From NCBI RefSeq assembly GCF_009914755.1, contig NC_060938.1: a stretch of DNA of 64,000 nt, one strand, 5' to 3'. Below, piece after piece: positions 19,332 to 36,808 of this stretch (its first letter is position 1; each line of letters starts with the position of its first letter). Origin of the DNA: the human T2T-CHM13v2.0 reference genome, Homo sapiens. The translations under genes and the position numbers were made by a program. The notes beneath the pieces were generated by a model. That model searched no databases. It saw only the letters and a list, made by a program, of their open reading frames with translations, and was not told the DNA's origin.

Positions 19332-20103
19332 TGAACTCCTGACCTCGTGATCCACCTGCTTTGAACTTCCAAGGTGCTGAGATTACAGGCATGAGCCACT
19401 GTGCCTGGCCAGAAGTCTGTCTTACCAATAAAATTAGAGCCAACAAACCTATCTCCAGGAGGGCTCGAATTTGTATAGGTAGCTGATCAAAATCAGTAGA
19501 AATTTACCATTCAGCCTAAGGCATTAGATTTGCATTGCTTCTACTGTGACCTTGGAAACAGAAAACAGGTGAGGTGTCTTTCTTTCTAGGTCCTCCTGTC
19601 AATCACGTTGAGATCAAGTCACCCCAAGGGCTCCCTTCTGCCTCATTACCATTCTAATTTGCCTTATTGGATCCACCTAGGGTAGGGTCTTTTTTTTTTT
19701 TTTTTACTCTAATAAACCAATATTTTAGATTAAGGGAAAAGAGAAATGGGGTAAGACCAGCTTATCTTAGTGACCAAGGAACTGAAAAAAATGAGAACAC
19801 TGGAAAGCCAAGTCTCGCTGAGTCTGTCCTGTTCAGCAGGACATCTATGTCTGAGGCCTTGGCACCCTTCCAGGAAAAACCAGACATGGGGTGCAAAAAA
19901 AGAGCAACAGGCAAGAGGCTCTACCAAAATAATAAGCAGAGAGTAGTGAGTGGATCTACCTTAGCCAGACATATTTTAAAATAAGAGGAAGTGCAGAGAA
20001 AATTCCTCTTCCAGCCTGGCCAACGTGGTGAAACCCCATCTCTACTAGAAAACAAAATAATTAGCCAGGCATCATGGCACGTGCCTGTAGTCCCAGCTAC
20101 TCA

Positions 20104-20199
<96 letters not shown>

Positions 20200-20290
20200 T
20201 CAAAAAAAAAAAAGTTTTTTTTTTTTTGGCTGGGCGCAGTGGCTCACGCCTGTAATCCCAGCACTTTGAGAGGCCGAGGTGGGTGGATCA

Positions 20291-20506
<216 letters not shown>

Positions 20507-20537
20507 TCAAAAAAAAAAGTTTTTTTTTGAGACGTAG

Positions 20538-20630
<93 letters not shown>

Positions 20631-20751
20631 TGAGCCTCCCGAGTAGCTGGGACTACAGGCATGTGCCATGATAACTGGCTAATTATTTTGTATTCTAGTA
20701 GAGGTGGGGTTTCACCATGTTGGCCAGGCTGGTCTTGAACTCCTGAGCTCA

Positions 20752-20922
<171 letters not shown>

Positions 20923-20980
20923 TCACTTGAGCTCAGGAGTTCAAGACCAGCCTGGGAAACATGGTAAAATCCTGTCATTA

Positions 20981-21312
<332 letters not shown>

Positions 21313-22081
21313 TCATTCCAGTTTAAAAAAATATGTAAACATTTCATCTCTGAGAGGTCTGAACAAAAAAACATAAAATAAAAATGTCAACATTCTATAC
21401 AAAATTAGGTTACTATGGACAGTTTCATAATTGGATTTCTCACCTAAATATAATATAAACATTTCCCCTTATCTCTAACTATTCTTGTAAAACATGGCCT
21501 TTAAAGGCTACATAGGGTTATGGCATATCCAGTATACAAGCTCCACAAAGGAAAGTACTTGTGCAGCCAAAGAACAGTGCTCAGTAGTCACGTGCTGAAA
21601 AGTACATGAATTTAACTCCCTGTTGCTGGATTTTGAGTATATTTCATATTTTCTCTACTATGAATATTCTCACACAAAAATCTTTCTGGACAGCTCTGAT
21701 TACTTTCCACAGACTCAATTCCTAGAAGTGAAATTTACTGGGACAAAGGGTATACATTTGAAAACATTATTAGGATGACCACATAAATTATCATTGAATG
21801 AAAGACCACTTCTCGGTGGAAAAGGAGATCCAGGACTACCCTGGTCAAAGTAGGATAAAAAGTCACACATTACATGATGCCAAATTGTGCCTTAGGGGCT
21901 ATAGCAATTTACATCCCTACTAACAGATTATTAGAAAACCAATTTCTCAGGGCCTAACGTCTGTGACTTTACTTTTTGTTTTTTTTTTTTTTTTGAGACG
22001 GAGTTTTGCTCTTGTTGCCCAGGCTGGAATGCAATGGCACGACTTGGCTCACTGCAACCTCCGCCTCTCAGGTTCAAATGA

Positions 22082-22385
<304 letters not shown>

Positions 22386-23409
22386 TGATCCACCCACTTC
22401 GGCCTCCCAAAGTGCTGGGATTACAGGTGTGAGCCACCCCACGCCCGGCCAATTTTGTATTTTTAGTAGAGACTGGGTTTCACCATGTTGGTCAGGCCGG
22501 ACTCGAACTCCTGACCTCAGGTGATCCACCTGCCTTGGCCTCCTAAAGTGCTGGGATTACAGGCATGAGCCACAGCGCCCAGCCCTGTTTTTAGAGGCAG
22601 GTTTTTGCTGTTGCCCAGGCTGGAGTGCAGTAGCACAATCGTAACTCACTGTAACCTTGAACTTCTGGGCTCAAGTGATCCTCCCGTTTTAGCCTGCCAA
22701 AGTGCTGGGATTACAAACATGAGCCACTGTGCCTGGCCTACTCTTTTTTTTTTTTTTTTTTTTTGAGACGGAGTCTCGCTCTGTCGCCCAGGCTGGAGTG
22801 CAGTGGCGCGATCTCGGCTCACTGCAAGCTCTGCCTCCGGGTTCACGCCATTCTCCTGCCTCAGCCTCCTGAGTAGCTGGGACTACAGGCACCTGCCACC
22901 ACGCCCGACTGAGTTACATTATATACATCTTCAATTATATGTGCTTCATAAAAATATATAAATAAAAGTAGAGAGCGAGCCAGAGAAAGTGGGGAGGGCT
23001 AGAGGGAGGAGATGGGGTCGGGGAGAGAGAGAGCGTGAATATTTAATTGTACGAATGATCTGTTCACCATCCCAGGAGACAGGAATGTGCTATTCTCTTG
23101 GCTGGCCTGTTTCTACCTGCTTCTCATAGCATAAACATCTCACTTCATGGAGTGAGTCTACAATTTAGTTATGTGTTTTTCGTACAACATGGTTCCCATA
23201 CACAAACCAATGCCTTTATCTGACACACAAGTGAAGAAAGAATAATCTGTCTTAATGCTAGACTGTCTCTGTTGGATTTACTAAATGACAGTATGTTGGT
23301 TTCTGTAGGTCACATTTAACATACATTGTAGAAAATTTAAGGTTAACAGTGGTAATCTTATCCAGTGGTATTATTTAATTATATAAAGATTTCCTATGTA
23401 TTAATTTTA

Positions 23410-23733
<324 letters not shown>

Positions 23734-23760
23734 TTACACATAAGAGATAAATCCATAATT

Positions 23761-23766
23761 TTTATT
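23761..23766 (-). terminator. Distal polyadenylation signal of ALKBH1
   Basis: AATAAA on the - strand followed by TGTGT and a long T-rich tract. Confidence 0.75.
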
Positions 23767-24380
23767 CATTTAAAAACCCTGCTATTACCATATGAACTCA
23801 ATATTCAATGCCAGTAATTTAAAAAAGGGGCAGAGCAGGACAGAGGAGACATGTAAACTTAATAACATGCATTGCAAACAGTAGGTACCAAATGGGCTTC
23901 CAGCCAGTCCTCCACACAAGGAAGTTAGGATGTTTCAAAGAGCCCTTATAATAAAACAATTTTGGCACATCATGTTTGTAGAAAGGAGCACTTAATTCTC
24001 TTTCAAATACCAATATCCCTTTAGGAAGATGGTAGTCTACAGTATCTTCATTTTATGATGAGGAAACCGAGGTCCAGAGAAATGTAAAGTAACCTGGACC
24101 ATGATATAGTCAGTCAAATTGTTGGGGGTATAAAGATTAAAACTTGGTGTTGCCTACATTTTTCCAAGCTGCCTACCCTCAGACAATAACAGCAGTGACT
24201 GGAATATTAAGAAATGTTCTCTCTTCTGTGAGACAGCCACAAAGAATACTTAGGGCACAGCAGAATGGTGTAGGGCAGAAACAGCTAGAGGGCTTCAATA
24301 GCATGAACAATACAGCAAAGAAAAACAGAAAAAAAAACCTTAATCCCAGATAGACTAAACCCCAAAGACAGATATAGATC

Positions 24381-24450
24381 TTTAATTTAAAATCAAGTGA
24401 GTTTATTCATGGAGAAAACAGTAACAAAACACCCTTGGGACTTTTTTATT
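24381..24450 (-). terminator. Candidate proximal polyadenylation signals of ALKBH1
   Basis: AATAAA at 24450-24445 and 24407-24402, ATTAAA at 24386-24381, T-rich element at about 24340-24315. Confidence 0.5.
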
Positions 24451-25148
24451 CCAACAATTAAAATTGCATTAAAAAGCCAACAGGGAGTTTGGAGACCGAA
24501 ATGACATGTAGAGAAACTAAATTCCCCTTTCCTTGGGTTTACCTATATTTATCTTTTAGGCAAGAGAGATAGTTGTGATTAATTTCTTTTCTAAAAGACA
24601 AGATTTTCCAGTTCCATTGTTTTCATGTGTAAAGGATTCTTCCATGAGAGCCAGAGAGGTGGAAGAGAAGATCAAAGAATTTGATGATGCCTGAGGGAGT
24701 TAAGAAGATGAGACTAATAGCTGGTTCACAGAACCACAATTTTACCATAAATTACCAGATGGAGTGGAGGGAGGGGTACTGTATTTCTCATTAATAAAAT
24801 CTGAGGTATTTAAATACTCTGCAAACATGGAAACTCACTTCTACCTTCCTCAAAGGAAATAGCAGAGGCTGAGAAGGCTGTTGTGGAAGAACATACCTCC
24901 TTGGACTGACTTCTCAACATACATTACAGCCAACATGTAACTAGGAACAGACCATGTCAAACACTTCTCTGAGCAAAGTGGCTGAGTTTACTTCTGCGTG
25001 GGTTCCAAGGCAACAGTGTGATCAACAATGAGTTCTTCCCTGTCTCTGTTTTTGGCTTGTCTGGGTGCTGAAGTCCACGGCAATACACAATAACATGATC
25101 ATTTACGGTAAGCAGGTGCCTGAGTAAAAAGGATGGGATCTCCAAGTC

Positions 25149-25578
25149 TCAGCTGTCAGGGTTTATCCTGGCCCGTTTTACTTCGCTATTCTGGTCATCC
25201 AGATGGCAGAAACCTTCTGTACTGATGTCTCTTTTTTCATCCTCGATGGGTTCTAGAGGGAAATTCTGGTCTGTGGCCAGGACCTGTCGGACAGTCATGT
25301 TAACACGAGCGGTCTTCAAGTAGCTGGCACACACCTGCCAGTCCTCCATAGAACAAGGCTCTACCATTGAATCTCTCGGGAGGACAGCAGGGAGAGGTGC
25401 CTCTAGGCAGTGAGGCAGGCCTTCCCCTTCTGGATTTGGAAGGACACGAGGGACTGCGTGGTTCAAGAGGCGGCTGAAACCCGACATTATCATGATGTCA
25501 CCACTGTGCATAAACATGGCCGTGGGGGCCTCATCCCTTTGAAGACCACCCAGGAGAAAGATGGCGGACTGTCCAAAG
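25149..25578 (-). CDS. ALKBH1: ALKBH1 coding exon 6 ([11 protein letters not shown]...HAVPR...RVNMTVRQV...RINPDS*)
   Basis: Acceptor TAG|C; 430 nt through TGA; distal His and RxNxTxR 2OG-binding motif; the six exons sum to 1170 nt = 389 aa + stop. Confidence 0.98.
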
Positions 25579-25837
25579 CTACAAAAAATAAGTAAAAACA
25601 CACAACAATAAAAAAGTATAAATTTTGTTTATTAACTATGACTGGGAAAGTTACTGCCAACTGTGTTATTTTGTAATTTCAGGTTGATATTTATTGCTCC
25701 CAAATCCTCCTTTTTAAACTGTGCTAAGATCCTTCTCTTCTGGTTTGTGTCTATGAGTGACCAACTCATGACCTTCTACCTATAGTTATGACAGCCCACA
25801 GAACTGCTGCAAAATAAAATTGGATGCAGTTAAATAA

Positions 25838-26067
<230 letters not shown>

Positions 26068-26993
26068 TAGTAGAGATGGGGTTTTACCGTGTTGGCCAGG
26101 CTGGTCTCAAACTCCTGAACTCAAGTGATCCACTGGCCTCGGCCTCCCAAAGTACTGGGATTATAGGTGTAAGCCATCATGCCCAGCCTATTGATGTGTC
26201 TTTGAGTCTTTCAATAAAATCATTTGAGTTCTTTACTATGTTTACCTTTCCTCATTTTAAAGATAAGGCAATTAATAAAAGGCACTTTCCCGAGATACAG
26301 GTGCAAAACTTGGCACAAATTTAAACTTACTTTTAGGGAGACAAGGAGAGTAAACTACTCAGGCTTTTGTGCTTTGCTCTATAGTTTGCTCTTCTATACC
26401 AAAGGTCACTCGCTTTGCTTTTATGGCTTTCCACTTGTCTATTCCACAGAGCACTGACAATACCTTTCATTATAAAAGGTAGGTTACCGCCAGGTGCAGT
26501 GGCTCATGCCTGTAATCTCAGCACTTCGGGAGGCCGAAGTGGGCGGATTGCCTGAGCTCAGGAGTTCATGACCAGCCTGGGCAACACGATGAAACCCCAT
26601 CTCTACTAAAAAAAAAAAAAATTAGCTGGGTGTGGCGGTGTGCACTTGTAGTTCCAGCTACTCAGGAGGCTAAGGCAGGAGAATCACTTGAAACTGGGAG
26701 GCGGAGGTTGAAGTGAGCTGAGATCAAGCCACTGTACTCCAGCCTGGGTGACAGAGCGAGACTCTGTTTCAAAAAAAAAACAATAATAAAAAATAAAAAT
26801 AAAATAAAAGGTAGGCTCCATGTGTCTTAAACAGAGATACTAACTATAATTTGTTAAAATTCCCAGAAGTGGAAGATTATAGAGTCCAACCACTTTTTTA
26901 AAGTTAAATACCTGTATTTATTTTAGAGTAAAATGTCTTAGAAAAAAGAATTAAATGATAAAAAGTAATCCCAAATCCCTGGAACTAACTCAC

Positions 26994-27187
26994 CTGAATG
27001 ACAGCAAGGGTTTGGAGTGATCTAGCTCAGATCTGTCTACGTGGATTCCCAGTGTGGAGTCCAGGCGGTAGTAATTCAGGATCCCTGCTTCAGCTCGGAA
27101 ATCCTCAAATCCACAGGCAGCGGCTACTTGCTCTGAGAGGAAACCCAGGTCAGAAGGGAAAGGTGTGTAATGATCTGCTGAGTATTT
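26994..27187 (-). CDS. ALKBH1: ALKBH1 coding exon 5 (KYSADHY...GIHVDRSE...LSFS), with the Fe(II)-binding HxD motif
   Basis: Acceptor AAG|AAA after a pyrimidine tract, donor CAG|GTGAGT; 194 nt; ILNYY...GIHVD is typical of the 2OG-Fe(II) AlkB fold. Confidence 0.97.
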
Positions 27188-28403
27188 CTTTGGTAAATGT
27201 AGAGAGAATAAGAAAAATAAACAATGATCTCAGGAATACAGGAAACTATAAGATTAATTACCACTTTAAAATAATCTTACTTACAAAGTCATATTAACAT
27301 ATTAACACAGCATTATCTATCCATTCTTTTCTTTTCTTTTTTTTTTTTTTTTAAAGACAGGGCCTCAATCTGTTGCCCAGGCTAAAGTCCAGTGGTGTGA
27401 TCATGGCTCACTGTAGCCTAGACCTCCTGGGCTCAGTGATCCTCCTACCTTAGTCTCCCAAGTAGGTAGGACCACAGGTGCGTGCCACCATGCCTGGCTA
27501 ATTTTTTTTTTTTTGGCAGAGATGGGGTCTCACTATGTTGCCTAGACTGGTCTCAAATGATCCTCCTGCCTCAGTCTCCCAAAGCGTTGTGATTACAGAC
27601 ATGAGCCACTGTGCCCGGTCTATCCATCCATTCTTGGGGTATCTAATGATCTAATAATGAATCATTCAAAAACCCAAGTACCTGTTATATAACAGGCACT
27701 GTGCTATATACTGCATTGAGTCTATACATGAAGCAATTACTCCACCACCCTCTAGTTAGTATACTCTATCTGTAAATGAGACAGTTCTATTAGGGTAAAA
27801 ATGCAACTCAAAACCGTCATTGCCAACAGGTGCCCAAGGAAACACAAGGACTAAATATAATGTAGTATCCTGGATAAGATCCTGGATATTAGAAAATTAG
27901 ATATAAGAACAAAGATATTAGTTAAAAACTAAGGAAATCTAAATGAAGTACAAATGCTGTTACAGTAATGTATTACTATTGGTTAACTATTTGAGACAAA
28001 GGTACCATACTAAGGTAAAATGTTAATAATAGGGGGAGAGCACGAGCTCTCTCTGTACTATCTTCTCAACTTTTCTGCAAATCTAAAACTATCCTAAACT
28101 AAAAAGTTAATTTATAAAAAGGCAACTCAAATACTATAGCCAGTTTGGTTTTGGACCTCTCAGCTTGCAACATGGCTTAGTGGCAATTTGACTGGTCAAT
28201 CTGATGGGATGACATGCTCAAAACATCGGAACTAACTCTCATTTATAGCATGGCCAAGATAGGCCTTTAAATTGGAAGTAATTTCCTGAACTTACTTCCC
28301 TGGGCTGTCTCTGTTTTTTACACCTAAGGATCACAAATATCTTTTTCCAGTTAAAAAAAAATATATCAAAGGCCATAATACTCTTTTTTTTTTTTGAGAC
28401 TGA

Positions 28404-28541
<138 letters not shown>

Positions 28542-30148
28542 TAATTTTTGTATTTTTAGTAGGAACAGGGTTTCACCATGTTGGCCAGGGTGGTCTTGAA
28601 CTTCTGACCTCAAGTGAACTGCCTGCCTCGGCCTCCCAAAGTGCTGGGAGTACAGGTGTGAGCCACCATGCCTGGCCTGGCCATAATACTCTCTATAACA
28701 TCTTTCTGCATGAGTGACATGGCTGCAGTTATGATTAAGACTTTCACTTACAGGTTCCTATATGGATGAATCTGAGGGCTATTTGGGCTACATGTACCTG
28801 ACAGACTCTTCTTTTGTCTTGATGCTCCTCTGCTCTCACTTCTTTCTTTGCTAAATTAACCTCAAATCTGATCAGAAAATCTACTTTTGTCTCATATCTC
28901 TACTAGCGTCTGAATATATTCTAGCTGAAGCAGCAGTCATAGGTCTGGACAGCAAGTATTTACTTTGGCCAGAAGCGACCTTTAACTTCAGGTGTAAGGA
29001 AGACTCTTGATGAATGGCCTGGTCTCTTCAGTTGGAACTTTTCTGTTTTTCATTTTTTCTCCTTTTACTGAACTGTAAATTAGAAGAGTTCCTATTCAAT
29101 TTCTCAAAACTCAAAGTGTGATTAAAGAACTTTAAGTTTTCCTCTATCATTTTAAGCTTTAGTCCCTCAGATAATCAAACAGTCAAGGCTGTCATTCTAG
29201 CTGTAGATAGCCTCTGCTATAATGAAATAATCACCCTTTTGGGCTTTCAACCCTGTCCAAACTGTCTCTGCATTACTCACTACTTTTTCTTTTAAAGTTC
29301 TCTTTCACTTTTCTCTGACTACTCATTCAGTTTTTGGTCATTTTTACTCCCTATTTTTCTTAGTCAATGAGGTTAACTTTGAGGTCTTGGGGAATAACAA
29401 TATCAACAGTAAAAATATTATCACCAAAAAAAAAAAAAAAAAAAAAAAAGCTAACATTTATTGTGATAATGCATTTAACTGCTTAGAATAGCCAGACACC
29501 ATTGAGATCACTTTACAGGCACTGATCACTTAATTTTCACAACTGCCTTATGAGGTAGGCACTATCATTACTGGAGGAAGGATTCAAACTCAGGCTGTCT
29601 AATCCAAAGAAAATCACATGGCATTTCCCCTCAAAAAATATCTAGTTTCCTACTGAGTCTGTATTGCTGAAAGTCAGAATTATATCACAAATATTTTTAA
29701 AACAAATCTGTCATCATTTGGAGCAGTTAATGTATCTAAGTTGGGTTGGCTGAAACTGTGGAGCTTTTAGAAAGTAACTAGTTACTGTGAGGCTGAGGTG
29801 TGAGGATCACCTGAGTCTGGGGAGGTCGAGGCTATAGTGATTGTGCCACTGCACTCCAGCCTAGGTGACAGTGTAAGACCATTACAAAAAAAAAAAAAAC
29901 AGACAAAGTAACTGGTTAGTAGGCAAAGAAAATGGTCTATACCAATATTTTTTTTTCATTTTATTCTTATAATCAGTATACTCCCTTGGTGGCAAATGTC
30001 TAATTGAGACAAGAGGCACTGCACTGCTAGTTACAAGGCATCTTCTAAAGCATAGAGGATAGGAAAGAAGAAATCGTAGCTCAAGAAAACACGAAACTGT
30101 CAACTGTAGGAAATTCTTTCCCACCTCCCTCCTTCCTAGTCATTATAG

Positions 30149-30277
<129 letters not shown>

Positions 30278-31217
30278 TGAGTAGCTGGAACCACAGGCAT
30301 GCACCACCACATCTGGCTAATTTTTCTATTTTTTGTAGAGATGGGGTTTCACTATGTTGCCCCAGGCTGCTCTGGAACTCCTGAGCTCAAGCGATCTTCC
30401 CACCTCAGCCACCCAAAGTGCTTGGATTACAGGAGTGAGCCACCGCGTGTGATCGGTATCCATATGTTGAAAGTTCTTTTGTGAGTTGACGAATGAACAA
30501 TTGAAATACATGGAGCTTCTTTTACTCCAGGCAGATATTACATAGAAAAATAAGTGCTCTTGAATGTGGCTTTTGTTGCACAATAAAAATTAAAAAAAAG
30601 AAAAAGAAAAAGAAAAATATATGCTCAACAAACTCTCACTAATAATGGAAATAAAGATGGTGAGAACTGCTCTTGAAAAGAGTTCTATATTCCTGGAACC
30701 TACTGTGAGAAAGCACTGGTGACTTCTGATATAATAAAATTCATTCCTCTTGAGATACCTGAGGAGAGATTTTTTTTTTCTTTTCTGAGACAGAGTCTTG
30801 CTCTGTCACCCAGGCTGGAGTGCAGTGGTGCGATCTTGGCTCACTGCAACCTCCACCTCCTGGGTCCAAGTAATCCTCCCACCTCAGCCTCTTGAGTAGC
30901 TGGGACTGCAGGCATGTGCCACCAGGCCCGGCAAACTTTTGTATTTTTTGTAAAGACAGGGTTGTGCCACGTTGCCCAGGCTGGCAGCAAACTCCTGACC
31001 TTAAGTGATCCGCCCACCTCAGCCTCCCAAAGTGCTGGGATTACAGATGTGAGCCACGGCACCTGGCCCAGTTGAGATTTTTTAAGGAAATAAAAGAAAG
31101 GGATCCTCCCACAAATGTATAATCTTGATATCTTAAGCGTGGTTAGGAAGAAATACAACTATGTGGGCTAAAGAAGCCTATAAACAGAAAACAAAAGAAT
31201 TAAGAAAACCTGAATAC

Positions 31218-31308
31218 CTTACTGTCCCAGTTATAATGGTAGCCTACGGTCACCCAACGCAGTTTCTCCAGTAAACTTCGGGGTCTCCGTTTAGTCGCTT
31301 CTTTATAC
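31218..31308 (-). CDS. ALKBH1: ALKBH1 coding exon 4 ([30 protein letters not shown])
   Basis: Acceptor CAG|G, donor AAG|GTATTC; 91 nt; contains the AlkB-family LRWVTxGYHY segment. Confidence 0.97.
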
Positions 31309-31917
31309 CTGCAAAGATTGGTGACAAAAGAGGAATTATTCATGTAAAATGGCAGCAATAGCCGTTTGTATGGACTCTGGAGTTAAAATTTAGTATTACA
31401 TGGTATAAGCCGTTAGCCAAGACTCAGTAGGAGAAATTAGAAGAGATAAATGAGTAGACCACAGATACATTAACAGAGAAAAACATGTTAGCACTTCTAA
31501 TTTATAATCCTTTGTTCTAAATCCTCTGCTGAATGGGGTCAACTTTAAATCACAAGCCTCCAGCATCTTGGTAATGATAAAATAAGAATGACAACAATGA
31601 AAAGAGAAATGTCTTTACCTGTCCATGGGAAATGGTACCAAGAGCACTATGGGCAATCAAAAATTTGACTTACAGAACATTTTCAGTTTGGTTTGCTAAA
31701 AGCAGGGTACAGTTAATCACAATGATTTCTATGTCTATAATGAGGGTGGCTTCCCAGAATTGCAGGTTGGGGAAAAAAAAAGTTTAGCAAAATATAGTGT
31801 ATAGTACAATAAAAAATAACTGGTTTAACATGACTTCTTTAACTCTGTATAACATAGCTTAGATAACTGAGGCTTAGCTAACAATTAAGGCACCACTGTA
31901 ACTGATTTGGTTTCTGA

Positions 31918-32406
<489 letters not shown>

Positions 32407-32954
32407 TAATTTTTCTCTGTTATTTACATCATTGATCAATCAAAAATTTTTTTGTCCAAAACTATGGCTGTGTAAAAAAGAAAAAATCAGATTCCTTTAA
32501 GGAATCTGATTGTGACAGGAAATGGCAAATGTAATAGAAAGTCTAAGGAGAAATTAGAGGGAAACTGAACGCAGTATAAAGTCTAGTACTAAAGTAAACA
32601 GCAGACTTTGAGGGGCACGAGAATTAAGAAAAAGGAGAGCTCAAAGTCAGCTGTCGAATCAGTTGGGGCTTCTTGGCAGAGTTGGGAGTTGAGCACGGCA
32701 CTGAAGAATGGGCAGCATTTAAATAGGGAGTGATGCAGTAGGCAATATGGGCACACAGCACAAGCAAAAGCAAAGGATTTACTGAGACCCACACTGTTCA
32801 GTGGCACTCATCTTGATGTTTGACGAAGAGTTTACAGAATAGATGCTATCTGTCCTCACAGAGTTTACATTCTAAGAAAGACATCATGACACATACATAC
32901 ATCAAGACCAGCAGATAAAAAGAAATGAACACACACTGATTTATTTAGGACAGG

Positions 32955-33436
32955 TGTGCAGAAGAGACACAGCAGACTTGACTGATGGTCTGCTTACAAA
33001 GATGGTCCTTGGCAAGGTTCACACAATTCTCTGGAAGTGTTAAGAGTGGCTTACTGCACCTAAACTGTGCAAACAATATGGTTTATGGTCAACACCTGCT
33101 TTGCTTCTGGGAGTCTGTGATTTTGGCATGTGTCAGGCAGAGGCTGCCTACATGACAAGCTCCTAGTAAAAACCTAGGCACTGAGTTTCTTTGGTAAACA
33201 TTTCACAGATTTTGTCACAACCCATTGTCATATCCGGTGTGACTTCCTTGGGAGAGGACTTTTGGAGGCATGCACCTGGTTTTTCCTGGACTTTGCTCCA
33301 GGTGCCTTTTCCCTTTGCTGATCTTGCTTTGTATGCTTTCACTGTGATAAATCTGTAAGTGCAACCATCTGCTGAGTCCTGAGTCTTCCTGGCGAATCAT
33401 CAAATTTGGGTGTGGTTTTGGGGACTCCCTGACACA
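32955..33436 (+). mobile_element. ERVL-class solo LTR, MER68/MER21-like
   Basis: TG...CA termini with a perfect 5-bp TSD ACAGG (32950-32954 and 33437-33441). Confidence 0.75.
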
Positions 33437-34495
33437 ACAGGAGACAGACAACTAATAATTTAGGGAAAAATATAAGGCTTGGCCACTGACAGCAACTAGC
33501 TGATTTGAACAATTACAATATGGATAACAACCACACATTATTTTTGTGCATAAAAACTGAAATATGAAAAAAATGTAATGTAGTTATTAACACAACTTGA
33601 GGTCTACCAATGTTTATTCAGCTAAAGGTACAAATAAAAGAACTCCTTGATGTTCTCCTCTAGAGAACATGTTCTATTTTAGTAGCCTGAGACAGAAAAA
33701 TAAGTATGACTCATGTGGACTTTGTGGTTAATGGAAATATAAACGTAGTTCCAGAGTTACATAAGCACCTTATAGAGGTGATCCATTCTATTTCTCTTTC
33801 CAAGGTATTACTTTGTAGCCAATTCCTTATTTTAAGGTAATCTCTAGGATACAAGAAAATGCTGTTGAAGAAAAGGATGATGATGATGATCTTATGAATA
33901 TTGAAGCTATGCGTTTTTGAGGAGGGGGAAAAGAGAGATGGTAGAAGTGGTAGTAAAAGATGAAAGAAGTTGGTCATCTAAGACTGGAATCTAGAACTCA
34001 AAATAGATGGCACCCTGAGTATCTAAATGGCAAAGAGTCTTCTCAAAAATTTTATTTTTTGGAGACTGTGTCTCGTTTTGTCACCCAGGCTGGAGGGCAA
34101 TGGCACGATCTTGGCTCACTGCAACCTCCGCCTCCCAGGTTGAAGTGATTCTCCTGCCTCAGCCACCCAAGTAGCTGTGATTACAGAATGCACCACCACG
34201 CCTGGCTAATTTTTGTATTTTTTGTAGAGATGGGGTTTCACCATGTTGGCTAGACTCATCTTGAACTCCTGACCTCAGGTGGTCCACCCGCCTCGGCCTC
34301 CCAAAGTGCTGGGATTACAGGCGTGAACCACTGCACCTGGCCTATTTTTATTGTTTAATTAAAACAAAAAAGAAAAATATAGAGATGTAGTCTCACCATG
34401 TTGTCCAGGATGATCTTGAACTCCTTACCTCAAGCAATCCTTCCGCCCTGACCTCCCAGAGTGCTAAGTGAGGCATCACACCAAGCTGCAAAGTC

Positions 34496-35372
<877 letters not shown>

Positions 35373-35443
35373 GCAGTCTTAAGAGCTCTACTGAAAGCCT
35401 TTACAGAACCTGTCTTAATTACAGAACCCACTTAATTTTTGCC

Positions 35444-35631
35444 GAGTGTTTCTCAAACTTTAGTGTACATCAGAATCATCTAGAAGGCTTGTTGAAACTC
35501 ACATGGCTGGGTCCAGGCCTATAAATTCTTATTCAGCAGGTCTAGGGTGGGGGCCTAAGAACTGCATTTCTAGTAAGTTCCCAAATGATACTTATGCTGC
35601 TGGTCCAGGAATTACACTTTGAAAACCACTA
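35444..35631. mobile_element. MER5A-like hAT DNA transposon
   Basis: agtgtttctcaaactt...cactttgaaaaccact inverted termini; about 190 bp. Confidence 0.75.
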
Positions 35632-35689
35632 TTCTAGCCCAAACTAAAAAACAAAACACAATACCTTCTGTTTCTTTCTAGCTCAATAA

Positions 35690-35881
<192 letters not shown>

Positions 35882-36016
35882 TAGTAGAGATGGGGTTTCA
35901 CCATGTTGGCCAGGCTGGTTTCGAATTCTGGACCTCAGGTGATCCACCTGCCTCAGCCTCCTAACAGTCACAGCTTGCTGCAGGCTCAAGTAATCCTCCC
36001 CACCTCAGCCTCTTGA

Positions 36017-36235
<219 letters not shown>

Positions 36236-36583
36236 TGAAACAATAAACATAACAATAATGCTGCTTTGGAAATAATTCAAAAGGTGACAGTATTTTAGAC
36301 ATTTGATATGGCCGCAACAAACTGCTTTTCCACCAAAAGATTTAGTCTAATATTCAAGAACAGAGAATACATTTTATAAACACAGGTTTATGTTATTAAC
36401 AATAAAAATTATCAAAATTATAGTGACAGCATGAATAGAATCATCCTGTAATATACCTTTTCTAATTTAGTTCCTTTCCTAAGAAGCCAAAATAACATCT
36501 CTCACTGGGAGCGGTGGCTCACGCCTGCAATCCCAGCACTTTGGGAGGCTGAGATGGGCGGATCTCTTAAGGCTAGGAGTTCA

Positions 36584-36808
<225 letters not shown>

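Larger units (their letters stand above)
23740..25148 (-). other. ALKBH1: ALKBH1 3' UTR (about 1.4 kb to the distal poly(A) site)
   Basis: Sequence after the stop codon, ending at AATAAA (+ strand tttatt 23761-23766); exact cleavage position inferred. Confidence 0.75.

Noticed and set aside
25579-25601. N-terminal MFLLIFC extension of the 150-aa ORF
   Set aside because: This is the polypyrimidine tract and acceptor of ALKBH1 intron 5, not a start
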